Part shown: positions 37,201-50,200 of the stretch, in pieces
Position numbering within the stretch: the stretch's first letter is position 1
How the letters are laid out: every line of letters begins with the position of its first letter
Assembly: GCA_964187785.1 (NCBI GenBank)
Contig: OZ076412.1
Coordinates: 27,032,001-27,096,000 of the forward strand
From: Amphiscolops sp. MND2022
Taxonomy: Eukaryota
Direction: 5' to 3'
DNA: 64,000 nucleotides
Program-made: the position numbers and the translations under genes
The notes under the pieces: generated by a model
Databases searched by the model: none
Seen by the model: only the letters and a program-made list of their open reading frames with translations
What the model was told of the DNA's origin: nothing

Positions 37201-40060
37201 ACAGCTGGAAAACACTTACCGCAATAAAAGTCCTACTCCTTTCAAAAAGCGTCGGCTCAATCGTTAACGAGCATGTAAAAAGTTACTCGTACTTGATTTC
37301 TCAAGCAATTTTTCAATTTTTTGTCAGTGGCATCCGCGTTATTTTGGCTATTTTTTCATGCGTAGGTTTTTCAGGTAGTTTTCAAATGTTTGATGGATAG
37401 TTCGGAAACTTTTTGGACTACCATTTAACTGCAAAAAATAAAGTTTTGACTTGGTTTTTTGGCCTAAACGAAATTATTTTGTTGAAAAACCCTTTTTTGA
37501 GGCATCCATGCTGTATTGCTTATTCAACCTCAATGGTGTCTTCTGGGATGATTATTGCATGTGGTTTTCGATAAGCACGTGGGTGTCAAAGTTACAGAGA
37601 AAGATCAAATTAATTTTTGCGGCAAAATTGTGGGAATTTCTGGCGAGCCGAGCCATTTTCAACACTAGAGAGATTTGGTACAGCGACCAAAACGTAATCA
37701 GCGAGAGACAGGGTTGGCCAAAATGTGTTTCTTTACCAGAAAAATGTTTAAAACGTTTTAAACGTTTAAAACATTTTTTTTTCGTGTTAGGAACAACAAA
37801 GAATCATCAGTTTTTTTACTTGCAGGAAATTGAGTTTAAACTATAATTTTAAGATATTTACCTGTTTGATCAGAAGAGTGCACTTTTGAGAAGTGTTTTT
37901 TCAACCGATCCACCAGCGGCGCACACTCGTATTGTCAGCTGCGACTTTTGCCTTGTTGGGGGCAATTTTGTCAAACTCCGCCCAAATTACATCAAGTTTT
38001 CGAAATTTTGCTGACATTCAAAACTCATCAGAAAATATTCCAAACATTGAGCAAACCATTAGAAAAATAACATTTAAAAACATGCAAAAAATCAAGTGTT
38101 TAAAACAGTGTTTTAAACACCCCCTGTTTAAAACATGCCAACTCTGGCGAGAGACTTCTGAGATCTCATTCGGTTTAAAAAAGCCTAACAAGAAATTGCA
38201 GTAAACGGCATATTGTCAAGTTGGATCCGCTCAAGGTCCAAATACGGCAAAGTAAAAATTGCTCAGGCATTGTATTTGGGGATCTGAAAAATCTCGCAGT
38301 GCCGAACAAAGCACATTGGTCAAAGCAAAAACTGAAGAAAAGTTGCACTGTATCGAGAAATCCAGCGGTGGGTCTTTTTGTTCCGTAATATGCCTAAGGC
38401 TACACTAGACAGCCAAAAAGCTAAGGATACTTGAATTCGCTGAAAAAAATTCCAAATCGAAATAGTTTTACATTTTCAATTGACACAAAAATCCCAGAAG
38501 CAAACCTTTTTCCAATTTCAATTAGAGGTACAAAGGCATTAGAGGCTGCTTTGAAGTGAAAAAAAGTTATAACACTAGGCTCCTTTTTAACTTTTGGCAT
38601 TTTCTGAAAGATCATGCAATATCTCGAAAACCTCTGTTAGTAACAAAAAAGTACTACAAAAAACTTTGTGCAATTGGTTTCGGTCTCTAACGTTTAATTC
38701 TAACGCTTTTTCTGAAAATGCCCACCTCATGAATTTACACTGCAACTTGATCACAAAATGAGAATTTTCTTTAGACTGAATAACTACTGTTTTTGGCTGT
38801 CATTTTCTAAGAAGGTATTTTCAGAAAGCGTTAAAGATGTAAGCAAGTAACAGAGCGGTGTAAAGGCTACGAAAACAAAAACCAGGGACGTTTTTCTTCT
38901 GCCAGTGGTTTTCGAGATTGTGTAATGGAGTTAGTGTAAATTCAATGTCATATTTTTCAGAATTTTGATTCGACATCGAAACAAAAAATGCCATTGTAAC
39001 TCTGTTATAATATTCTTGTGATGAAAATTCCGGAGACTTTTTTGTAAAAGAATTAAATTAAATCGAAAGATTTTGCGTTTTGAAACAATGTCAGCCAAAT
39101 TCAGTGTCTTTAGTTTTTGGTACCATAGAAACTGTCTAGCAACTTGGAACATTTATGTTGAAGAGCGGATTTCCTGAATGTGTGCGAAATCAAGTATTAC
39201 AAAAAACGCAGTGGCACTGAAAAATTCTCTTTTGAAACAAAATTAAAACACTTTCAGCCTCAGTTTTGGGCAAAAAGTATAGGAATACTTTAAACTCGAA
39301 AGATTTCTAAAGATCCAAAAACTAGTTAATGCACTCATGCATGGGAAATTTCAGTTTGAGAAAGTATTTCTGTGATTTCTGCCTCGCATCATTCAATATA
39401 ATTTGACAATAACGTTAAAACTTCGGGAACAGGCCTTTTTGTTACATGGTATAACAACAACCGGGAACGACTCAAGTCGGCACCCCCTCAAGGTTCCAAA
39501 AAGTAAAGTATTTTAGATAGGCAAAAAGACACTTTTGTTAAAATTTATTCAAATATTAAGCGCCAAAAAATACCTCAAGGGATACGCATAATACTCCAAA
39601 TCCTTTTATCCCAACTCGAGACTTTCAGAAAAAAATTGAGGAAAAAGTTTTTCGAGACTTCGAATTTTTTTATATAGGTCTCCGGTAGGTTGCATTGTGC
39701 CGAAAACCATGAGGAGTCCTGTATGCTCGCAACACGTTTCGTTTCTAGTAAATAAAATGAGGGGGATTCGATAAAAGCAAATTAGAAAAAAAGTCAAGGA
39801 ACAAACGCCGGTCTTGCAAAAAAAAAACGAAATTCGTATACAGCGTGCTGAGAAAAAAAATCTTTTTGAAGAATCTCCGAATGCCGAAAATTGTAAAAAT
39901 GGGGACACTTTGGGCTTTGCTAACACACGTTAAAGTTTTTGGCTGAGCTGGGACTCGAACCCGTGACCGTTGAGTTCCCCTAATCCGATTGGTAGAAGTT
40001 ACAAGTTAGTAAGCAAAAGTTTATAAAGCTAATAGAGCGCCGAGTAAAAACCTTAGTACT

Positions 40061-43000
40061 TGTTGTATTTCTAAGCTAGGTTAAGATAGGACAAGACTAT
40101 AAAAAATCAATTGTATTTTGTAACTCTATCTCGTATCAAAACTATACGGTTAATGTCTACAAAATATAAATCTATGGTTTTAAGTATGTTTGAAATAACT
40201 TGTTAGGTAGTCTAGATTTTGTGGAGCTCATTCGGGATCAACACCGTATAATATTTCCTCCTCTCTCCGAGCTTCATCTAGTTGAATGCTGACGTTCCGG
40301 GGGAGGGTATTTCGTCAGGCATGAAGTCGGCTGGCTTGTGTGTGGTCGTCGGTTGTGGTGTTCCCTTGCGGGTGATCCAGTTCGAACCTGTAACAAGTTA
40401 AGTATTTTTCATCCCCAGAAAGTTCCAGTATATGGTATACAACCGTATCTATTCGGTTTGTTTGTGTTTCGGTTAGATCGCCGTGTTTTACTCAATATTC
40501 TCACCGTGGTGTTTCGTCATCGGTGTGGATTTGGATTACATCTTCATCGGGGTTGGTTCGTATCGGCTCGTACCGACCATCCCGTTCCGATGTATAGTAA
40601 CTTCGGTTGCCGGTTTCTTCCGGCATTTCTTCGTCGTCATCATCGATTTCATCCTCCGTCTCCGACACACTCGTCTGTCGGTTTTGACAATTTTTAGTTT
40701 GCCGTTCAGGATGTCGCGCAGTATCTCATCCCATCGGCCGTACTTTCCGTCCAACCCTCTCAGGCAGTGGCGGTTTTTGGATGTGATTTCGGCATTTGTT
40801 ATTGCCGTATCTCTTCGATTCTTCTTCTCGGTCTGAAACAGTGGTCCCGAAATAAATTTTTGGGGTATTATTTTTCCCGTATTTGTTTTTACGGTAATTT
40901 CGGTACCGTCAAATGCCGTTTGAATTTTTTTTTTGAAATTTTCCTTTTAGTGATTTTTTGTTGTGATTTTTTTTCTACGAATTTAAAAGCGTAACTAACC
41001 GATTTTTTTTTCTTCGGTGACTTCGGGCCTTCGTTGGCTTGCTTTTCCTCGGTCTTGGTCCTTGCCATGACCATGTGGTTTGTGATCTCGCCATCCGCAT
41101 CGCGACCCACATAGATTGGAATCTTCGGTTTGTTTGGTGCTGAAATAGATTTTTCTGACCAATCCGAAAAATATGTCTTCCCGTCTTTAACTATATTAGT
41201 TAATTCAGTTCTCGGTTTTCTACCGTGATATAGTTCAAATGGTGTTCTTTTCAACCCGGTATGTATTGTGAAGCGCATTACTCGGAGTGCTCGGTTAACG
41301 CTTTCGTTTAGGTCCGCTCCTTCTAAATTTTTTAACATTAGGTTTTTCAAAGTTTGTATCGCTCTTTCAAAAACTCCGTTTCCCGTAGGTAGTCGGGGTC
41401 AACAGTACTCGATTTCTATGTTTCGGTTTTTACAAAATTCTTTGTATTCTCTTGTTCTAAAGGCTTCCCCTTTATCTGATTGGATCTTTTCCGGTATTCC
41501 GTATGGATTAAAATTATTTGTTAGAAAATTTAAAACTTCCTTTGTTTCGGCGGTTTTGCATATTTTTACTGTAGGCCATTTACTAAAGCGCTCTACCGCT
41601 ATTAAAATTTGGACGTCCCCGTTTATTCGTTTGTTATGTACTTTTCCGGTGAAATCGATTTGTATTTCTCGCCCCGGTTCGGTTAGTTTTTTCAATTTTC
41701 CGTAATGATTATTTGGTAGTTGGTATTTTAAATTTTTACCTGATGCAAGGCAGGCGATGCAGTCCTTGACCTTGTTCTCGATATCCCGGTTAATGTCCGG
41801 CCACCAGAAAAATTTCGCTTCGGCTGTCATCTTTGTCATGCCGGCATGACCGAAATGTAAGATATCAAGTAGTCTTCTTCGGAGATCCACCGGAACTACT
41901 ATTTGATCATCCATGAATACGAGTCCCCATCGTATAGAGAGCTTGTCGAATACTGTTCTGTATCCGTCAGGAGTTGTATCTCTATCCTCCCGTCTCATGC
42001 TTTCTCTGACTCTTGTGAGTTCGGGGTCAATGGCGGTCTTTGAAATTAAATTTTTTAGGTCCAGCATAAATTCAAGTTCGGCCTTTTTTATTGTGTTTTT
42101 GGTTACCTTTTTGTTTCCGGATAACTTTCCCACAATATGGTTTATCTGGATGTAGTGAGCTTCCTTGGCGTCTGTATTGAATTTGCTGAGATCAACTATT
42201 GGAAGGTTATCTCCTCTCATGATAACTCTGTCTTCCTCGGATTCGGGTTGTTCGAGTTCTAGTTCGCCTTCCTCCGGACTTTCGGTTTCCTCATTTTCTT
42301 CGATCAGTGGTTGATAGCCTCCGTCCAATTGGTTCGTTTTTTGTAGCAGTTCCGCACCTATCTCTGCTATCTCTTCTCGGCTGCATTTGTGCGGGCGAGT
42401 CGGTGCGAAGATTGTCCGTTGTGTATGTGGATCGTATCTCCTTCTCAGTGTTCCCGGTTTTGATAGGGCATATCTCAACTCGACCAGTCTGCGTGTTTCC
42501 GGGCTTTTATTTCTTCTCCTTATGATATCCATAATTTCTCGTGTCTTGCCCCAGTGATAAAAGTTGTCTCTGTCCATATCGGTAATTTCCGTATTTGAAT
42601 TTGGTGATTCCTTTTTTTTTGAATGTTGTTTGAATGCTGTTTCAATTTGCAGCTTGACTTTGACGCGCTAATTTCGGACTGCCCGGATGTATTTTTCTCA
42701 CTTCGGTTTCTTTTGTTCACGCCGCTTTTGTTCTGGAATGTTCTATTCGATTGTGATTGCTTGTTTTGTTGCTCAGTTATTCTTTCCGACGTACCACTAT
42801 CTATTTCGGTTGCGTGTTTGCTGTCATTTGATTGGTCAGCGAATAATTGTCCGTATTTCAAATTTAAACTCGCTTGTTCGGATACTATGTTATTTACGTA
42901 TTCCTCATCGTAATTTTCATCCGGTGTAGCTCCCCCTACCGGATTTCTACTAAGAAAGTTCGTGAATTTCAGATTGCTTCCAGCGATATGTTGCATTGCG

Positions 43001-45855
43001 ATATCGAAGTGTTCTAGCCGGTCTAACCACCGAGTTAACGTTGCACTGTATTGTTTATTGCATCGGTTTTGTTTCATTAGTGGTTCCAATGCTTAGTGGT
43101 CTGTATATAAATATACTTTCTTTCCGTAGAGAAAAAATCGGAATTTTTCTAATCCCCACACTACCGCTAGTAATTCCAATTCACCGATTGAATAGTTTTT
43201 TTCGGTATCGTTCAATTATCTACTACTGTACGCAATCGGTTTTTTGTTCCCGTCGTCTTGTTTTTGCCATAAAGTAATTCCGAGTCCTGTTTTTTTTGCG
43301 TCGGTTGTTACCATGTTACCTTCGTCCTTCGCGTAGTGTGCTAAGCATGGACCTTCGGTTAACATTTGTTTTATCCGGTTGAAGTCCGTTTCTTGTTCCT
43401 GTCCCCAATTCCATGGTTCATTCTTTTTGAGTAGTTTTCTCAATCGGTCGGTTCGTTCCGAAAGTTTCGGGAAGAATTTTGCCAAATATTGTATGTCCCA
43501 GAGAAATTATTTCAGATCTTTCGTATTTTTCGGTGCTTTCAACTTTAGTATGGCATCCACTTTTTCTTCATTCTGTTTTATTCCGTTTTCATTTATTTCG
43601 TGTCCGAGCCATGTTGTCTCATTCATGAAGAATTCGGATTTCTTTTTACTCGCTCTGTATCCGGCTTTTTCCAAATTATTTAGGACATCGAAAAGTTTTT
43701 TCTCATGGTCTTGTTTGCTTCCCCGTGTTGCGACAATTATATCGTCTAGCCATGCCGGTGTGCAGTATTCGAGTGTTCGGTCAATTTTTTCTTGAAATAT
43801 GGTCGGTATATCGGCAAGTCCGCAAAACCTTTTTTTGAATCTATAGTATCTACTGAAATTTCCCCCGGTTAGTGCAAAGACACATTGTCAGCTTGTTTCT
43901 TCTGAAAGCTTCGTTTGTCCGGATGCATAGTCCAAATCAGTCTTTGATAGGAATAGTTGTACTGTCCGGTCACGTGTAATTTCTACCGAAATTTGGTTTA
44001 GTAATTCTTCCATATTTTGCATATGGGTCACATTTTAATGCAGCTGTCGTTGAGATTTCGTGAATCGAGTGCAAATTTTCCCGATTTATCTCACTTTTTT
44101 GTGATTACTATTGGCAACACAAAACTATCTTCATCTATGTCGTTATTTTTTTCTAGGTGTCCGGTACGGATTAGTTTTTCTAGTTCCTTTCCGACGTCTT
44201 CTTGTAAGTGTAGTGGTACCGGTCTTGCTTTTTGTTTGATTGGGTAGTGTCTCGGTTTGAGTTGGATTTTTATTTCGGTATCTTTCATTGTTTCGTTGTT
44301 TTCAAATAGGTCTCGGAATATCCCGAATATTCTCTCTTTCTCTGATTGGTTGTTCTCGGCCAATTGTATACTACCGATTGTGAGTTTGAATGTTTTCATC
44401 CAATCCATTCTTAGTAAGAGTGTAATGTCTGTTCTTTCGGTTTTTGAGATTTCCATCTTCTGTTTGTTATTTTCGTACTCGATGTTCACCGGAATCTTTC
44501 CCCGAAACTTTACTTCATTTTTGTTTACATCTTGGTATCGGTTCGTTACTTTCTGTATTTCGGTCAGTTTCATTATTCGTTTTTCCGGTTACATTATTGA
44601 TATTGGAGATCCGGTGTCAATTATAAATTCTTTCGCTATGCCATTGATTTTCACTGTTGCGGTGTAGTGTTTGTTCGTTTCTTCAATTTTATCGATTTCT
44701 TTTATGTGTTGTATGTCTTCATCTGACTCGCATGATGATTCGTTCGGTTCATTCAATTCTTCTTCGGTTAGTCTTTTCACTGTTCGGTTGTTGTTGAATT
44801 TCTGTCTGCATGCTTTTGCGTAGTGTCCTTTCTTTCCGCACATGTTACAGTTCACTTCGGTTGCGGGGCATTTATGCAGTGGTGTCCAGTTAGGGGCGTT
44901 ACAATATCTGCACGGTCGATTACCGGAATTTTTGTTCTTCGGTTTCACTCCGAATTCTTTGTATTGGTTCCTCTTTTATTATGTGTTTTTCTTTCGTTGA
45001 TATCAGGGCTTCCGGAATTGTATTCTTTTGTCTTTCTTTTCGTACTTGTTCTGTTTCATTAGTTCGAATATTTTCTCCATTTCCAGAGTTTTCTCTTTAT
45101 TTACTTGGTCTCGTATTTTTTTAAATCGGTAATGGCTGTCATGTACTTCGATATTAGCAGTTCTTCAGCCGAGATCGTGTTAAAATTACATTCTTTTTCA
45201 ATTTCGATTAGCCGTCTCCAGAATTCTTCCGGTGTCTCATCTTCGGTCTGTTTGGCCCAGAAGAAATCTCCTTGGTTGTGGTAAGTGTTTGGTTTCGGCA
45301 TATAGAACTCGGTGAATAACCGAATTAGGTCCAGTGTTTTTATGCTATCGGGTTCCGTTTTGAATTTAGACCTGGTTATTTGGTAGAGTGCTTCCGGTCC
45401 CACGCCCCATATGAAATCTTCTTGGACGGTTTGCTCTTCCGTACCAGTTGGTTATTTCTTCCCCTTTCATCAGTGGGGTGATATTTATTTTGTGTTCCCT
45501 TTTGCAAAACTACCGGAATCTTTCTAGCCATTGTGTCGGTGTGGTGTGAAGACCGGGTTTCCGTCCATAGCTTTTGCTTCTAGATTCAGTACGATGTTTC
45601 TTTCACCCATATTAATAAAAAGTTCGTTGTAATTTTTGTTAAAAATTGGCTGACTGCGCCATGTTGTATTTCTAAGCTAGGTTAATATAGGACAAGACTA
45701 TAAAAGATCAGTTGTATTTTGTAACTCTATCTCGTATCAAAGCTATACGGTTAATGTCTACAAAATATAAATCTATGGTTTCAAGTTTGTTTGTAAACAA
45801 CTTGTTAGGTAGTCTAGATTTTGTGGAGATCGTTCGGTATCAACACTGTATAACA
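40061..45855 (-). mobile_element. Decayed Ty3/Gypsy LTR retrotransposon, Mag-like (5,795 bp)
   Basis: TSD GTACT (40056-60 and 45856-60). LTRs 40061-40253 and 45662-45855 differ at about 13 positions (~93% identity). PBS TGGCGCAGTCA 45651-61; PPT GGAGAGAGGAGGAAA 40254-68. Tandem knuckles CRYC..H.C / CNMCGKKGHYAKAC, DTGS, WLDD, RNase H and integrase motifs, with many frameshifts and stops. Confidence 0.92.
40889..45403 (-). pseudogene. Fragmented gag-pol of the Mag-like element
   Basis: Track fragments 45101-45403 (gag), 44589-44948 (knuckles, protease), 44091-44573, 43216-43485 (RNase H), 42520-43089, 41399-42577 (integrase) and 40889-41350 lie in different frames. Confidence 0.9.
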
Positions 45856-46776
45856 GTACTTTCGTGAAAAATGAAAAGGTACAAAAATGCGAACCCAAAC
45901 TTTTCGTGGTAAAACGTTCTTGATTCTGAATTTAAGAACGGTTACTCATGTTTTTATAGGAGTAAGAAATAATAGACAATATGTTCAAAAGCAATGGTAA
46001 CCCTCTGCGATGTTTCTTGCATGTCCCGTATGAATATCATTTTTGACGAGTCCCGCTGTTATCGAGAAACGTTTCATAGGATTGTTCACAACTCAGTCGA
46101 AACTCGACAGCTTGTCTTCTTATGAGAATAAATCGAACCCCTATTTAGACTAACCAGGAGTTGAACCCGGCCTTCTAGAATACATGCCCGTGCAAACTTA
46201 GATGTTTAGTTCTTTTTCTTCCGAAATGGTTTATTTTCGGATCTCTTTATTCTTCTCTCCCGAAAATAAATTCGCCGCTCGAAAGAAACAATCTCAGTCA
46301 GTTAATCTGCTGACAGGGTTCAGTGTCGGCAGCTTTCCATGCTAAATTTGGGTCAGACTTCTTTTTTTCTAGAATTACGTGAGCTTACTGGAGCCGCTTG
46401 AACGTTCCTCCATCTCCGCTAATGCACACTACCAAGGTTTTTGGCGCGTAGTAATCCTTGCCAGAAAAATCGACGTTTTAAAAACATTTGCCTAATGTTT
46501 GCATTTCCTTAGCCTTCAAATAAAAAATTGTTTCTGAGTATTAAAAATTTTGATGAGATTCAACATTTTGCGGAAGCAAAACCGCTAAAAACGGCAGAGA
46601 ATCAGTCAACTGCACCGAAACAACCGACAAGTCTGGATGAGAAGCATGACTGAGAAGTACTTGTTCAAATCAACAAATATAAACTTTTTGTATAAATGAC
46701 TTTTTCATCGACATGGGATTGCCAGTAAAAATCATTCCGTGCAGCACAAAACAATGCAGAAGAAACCAGGGGACAA

Positions 46777-46802
46777 GAAAGAAAGAAAGAAAGAAAGAAA
46801 GA
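46777..46802. repeat. (GAAA)n microsatellite
   Basis: aagaaagaaagaaagaaagaaagaaa. Confidence 0.8.
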
Positions 46803-46984
46803 GGTCTACAAGAACGAGAAAACTTGCTCGAGAAGATATGGGTTAACATATACCACAAATCTTTTCTTGACATTCGCAACTTTTTGTCCAATATTTGTTT
46901 CATTCCTCCAAAGAACCCGCCTCTTCAATTTACAATAGGGTAGTCGATTTGTGACCAACAATCTTCACAACGGAATATCTTTTG

Positions 46985-47246
46985 ATAGATTCTGTCGCAA
47001 GCTGCCTCTTGCGATGGTAATTATTACCAGAATACCACAGATGCGAACGAATCGGCACCCTAGGCAATCTGCCAGTATAGCAGACTTGGACATCACTTCC
47101 GCCGGACTACAAAATGAACTGGTAATGAACACTTTATACATCAAGGAACACTTGTACATCTATAGTGCCGTATGGTAATAATGGTATTTATGTCCATATG
47201 AACGAGTACTATACGTTACAAGTTGAATCAATGTTGCAATAAAAGC
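46985..47246 (+). repeat. Older repeat interrupted by the BEL/Pao element; continues at 55340-55400, paralog at ~60895-61240
   Basis: caagctgcctcttgc.atggta, acttggacatcac and ccatatgaac.agtactatacgtt.caa.ttgaatcaatgt.gca are shared with the copy near 61 kb. Confidence 0.75.
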
Positions 47247-50200
47247 TGAAAAGGCCTGAAAGTTGACAACCGAAAATAACCCAAAATTTGGTACATTCGA
47301 CGAGCCACAATTCAACATCGAATAAGAAATTGACGCCCGGATTAGTGACAACCCTAATATTTTGACCCAAACTACCGATCTAGGACAAAAAACTGGAACT
47401 TATTTCGATTTTTTATTTTTTTATTTTTTTCTGGGGGGTTTTGGACTTTTCGATCAATATATCACTTTTACGGCAAATATCGCCCTCCATTTCCTGTTTA
47501 ACCCACTTTAGCCCTCATATTTGTTTGTGATCGTGTTGTGCGAACATATTTGAGTATTTGTAGCCAATATTAGCCTACTTAGATAGGCAGAAAGTGCCCA
47601 AGATAGTGTATTTACTGATCACGAAAGTGTAGTTACTTGTTGTGAATCAGCGGATATACTCTCAGAACTTCATATTTACGCATAAATATTTGCTTCTATA
47701 TTGTTTACACTATTAGTCGATGTACCTGAGATGTTGTATAACCATATTAGAACGGAAAATTGACTTCTTGAAAGCAAGTTGTGGCTGTTTTAGAAGTTGA
47801 AATATTCAGTTATCATCACGGATTCGTAAAGTTTTCGGGAACTTTACAATTTTTTGCAAGTTAAATTTATCCCAGGGACAGGCCGACGGTTCGAACGCAT
47901 TAGCTACTAGAATCAGCTTTTACATTTTGGTGCCGCGACCCGGGAAGGTTGCGTTATAATTCACTATCTTTGACTTCTGTTCTTCGTTTCTTAGCTTTGT
48001 TAGATTTGCAGATACCCAACTGGTTTGCTCTTATCTTGAAGAAGAGCAAAATTCTTATTTAACTGGACATTGTACTATCGTCACAAAGGACTTGATTCAT
48101 TGTCCATCGGGTTGACCAAATTATTACATAGCAGGCAATTCAGCAGAAGTTATTGTACAAGGATGGCGACATTTGACCTAACCGACCCGAAAGTAATGAC
48201 GGTGAAAAAGGCGGAACAACACAGGTGTTGTTATTTTCGGACGCCTTGAAGAACTCAGCCAATGCCGCAGAATTGAGAGAACACGAACTGCGTATTGCTA
48301 AATCAATTGAGACAATAGCACAAATATCTTCGAAGTTCGAAGAACTGAAATCTAAAGGAAAAGATTACGAACCCGGCATTAACGAATTGGGTAGTCTTTA
48401 TCAAGATTATAGCAAATCCATTGAAGGAATAACTAACGAATGCAACAATTGCATTCACCTGCTCAAAGACAAGTATCAGTCAGACCGTCGCAAAGTCTTG
48501 CGTTGTCAAACGAGTGGGCTTGAACAACTTTACAAAGAATGCTCAACAATGTTCACAAACTGAAAGGATGTGATACTGTTCACACTAATTTGAAGGATAA
48601 AGGTCAGTTTCTACGTAACTGTAAGTTATCAGACCAATTTCACGACGCCCGCGTCAAGATTCAAGACGAAATAGTCAAGACGGATTCATTGATTGCACAG
48701 GGCGCTCGATCAACTAAGGTCAAATCAGCCTTACCAAAAGTTCGAGAGATAAAAGATGTAATGGACCAAGCTCTGAAGGAGCAACGCACTCTGATGAATC
48801 TGCATTTTGGCAATCGGGATTTCTTGGAACCGAAGGAAGCCATTCTAGCTGAAGTCGAGAGGGAACTTCAGAAAGCAACAATTGAATTGATCGGCTATGT
48901 AGATCCAGACAGCAAGGACAAGAATTCCCAGTCAGAAACACATAATGCTGACGACGAAACGGTAGGAGAGGAAAGTTCTGAAGCACGTGAGCTTTCGGTT
49001 AATGCTGAAACATATCAGGGCAAACGCAAAAAAAATGCTGTCGAGAAAATGGACCAAAGCTTGAAACTTTTGAAGAGTCTTAATGACACATTTTCTCGAG
49101 ACGAGTCAAGTAAATACGAGGAAGGCTCTACGAAATACGAAACTCCGGCAGCCGAGGATCAGGAACTGAAGCCATCTACCAGTAATTTTCCATCGACGAT
49201 GAAAACTGCTGCCAGTGAGCCCTCGAAGTATCAACATTCCAATACCGGTTCTCGATCTTCACGACTCAGTGAACGTCGGCGACTTGAAAGTCGAGCCAAA
49301 CTGCTTGAACAAGAATCACGAATGGCAATCGAGAAAAAGGAAAGAGAACTTGCGCTGAAACGCAAGCAGCGGGAAATAGAAGCAATGCAAGGGGAAACAG
49401 AGTTGGCTGATTTACGGGATCAGACCTCCCTGAAGATGCATGAAATGAAACTCCAAATCGAAGAAGCAAAAGGCTCTTGTAATGGGTCAACTGTTAGTCC
49501 AAGTCTGATGTCGATATCAATTGATGCCGATAAGAACAGCGACATCTAAAGCTGGTTAGATCAAAACAGTGACATTGTAGATATTCCAAAGCCAAATTCG
49601 CAGAATGTTGTGCAAACTGCAAATGAAACACTGTTATCTCAAACGACCCAGTGGCTTCAAGAATTTGTAGAGGACAACCCTCGAAAGTAAATGAGCGGAA
49701 GAACCCTTCTACTGACCGCAAAGGCGGAAGGGTAGGTGACCGAGGTGACAGAAGCCAAAGTCGATCAAAATCAAGAACATTCTCACCGAAACGACATCTC
49801 AATGCGAATTGCGAAGTGCCCAACAGGGTCTCACGTTTCGATTCATTGCCTTGCCAACAACCTGTCCTGCTCCAGTGGACAGTCCAAACATCCAGTCTAC
49901 CGAAATTGAAGATGACCGAATTTGCAGGTGATCCTCTGGAGTGGCTCGAATGGTCCAGTCTATTTAATGCAGTTATTCACAATGCGCCAATAGACGATAA
50001 CGCGAAAATGAGCCATTTGAAGACGTTGTTGAAAGGCAAAGCCAAAGCCGCAACCGCAGGCCTTGGTTACTCTGGAGCGTTATATCACACTGCCTGGGAC
50101 ACGTTAGTCCGCAACTTTGGTCGACACCAGACAGTGGTTAATGCTCAAATGAAACTTATCCACACGTACCCTTTCATCAAGTCTCACGACTCGGCGGCAA

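Noticed and set aside
46150-46185. tRNA gene (B-box-like ccgggttcaactcctgg on -), and GGTTCGAAC in the BEL LTRs
   Set aside because: No A-box or cloverleaf.
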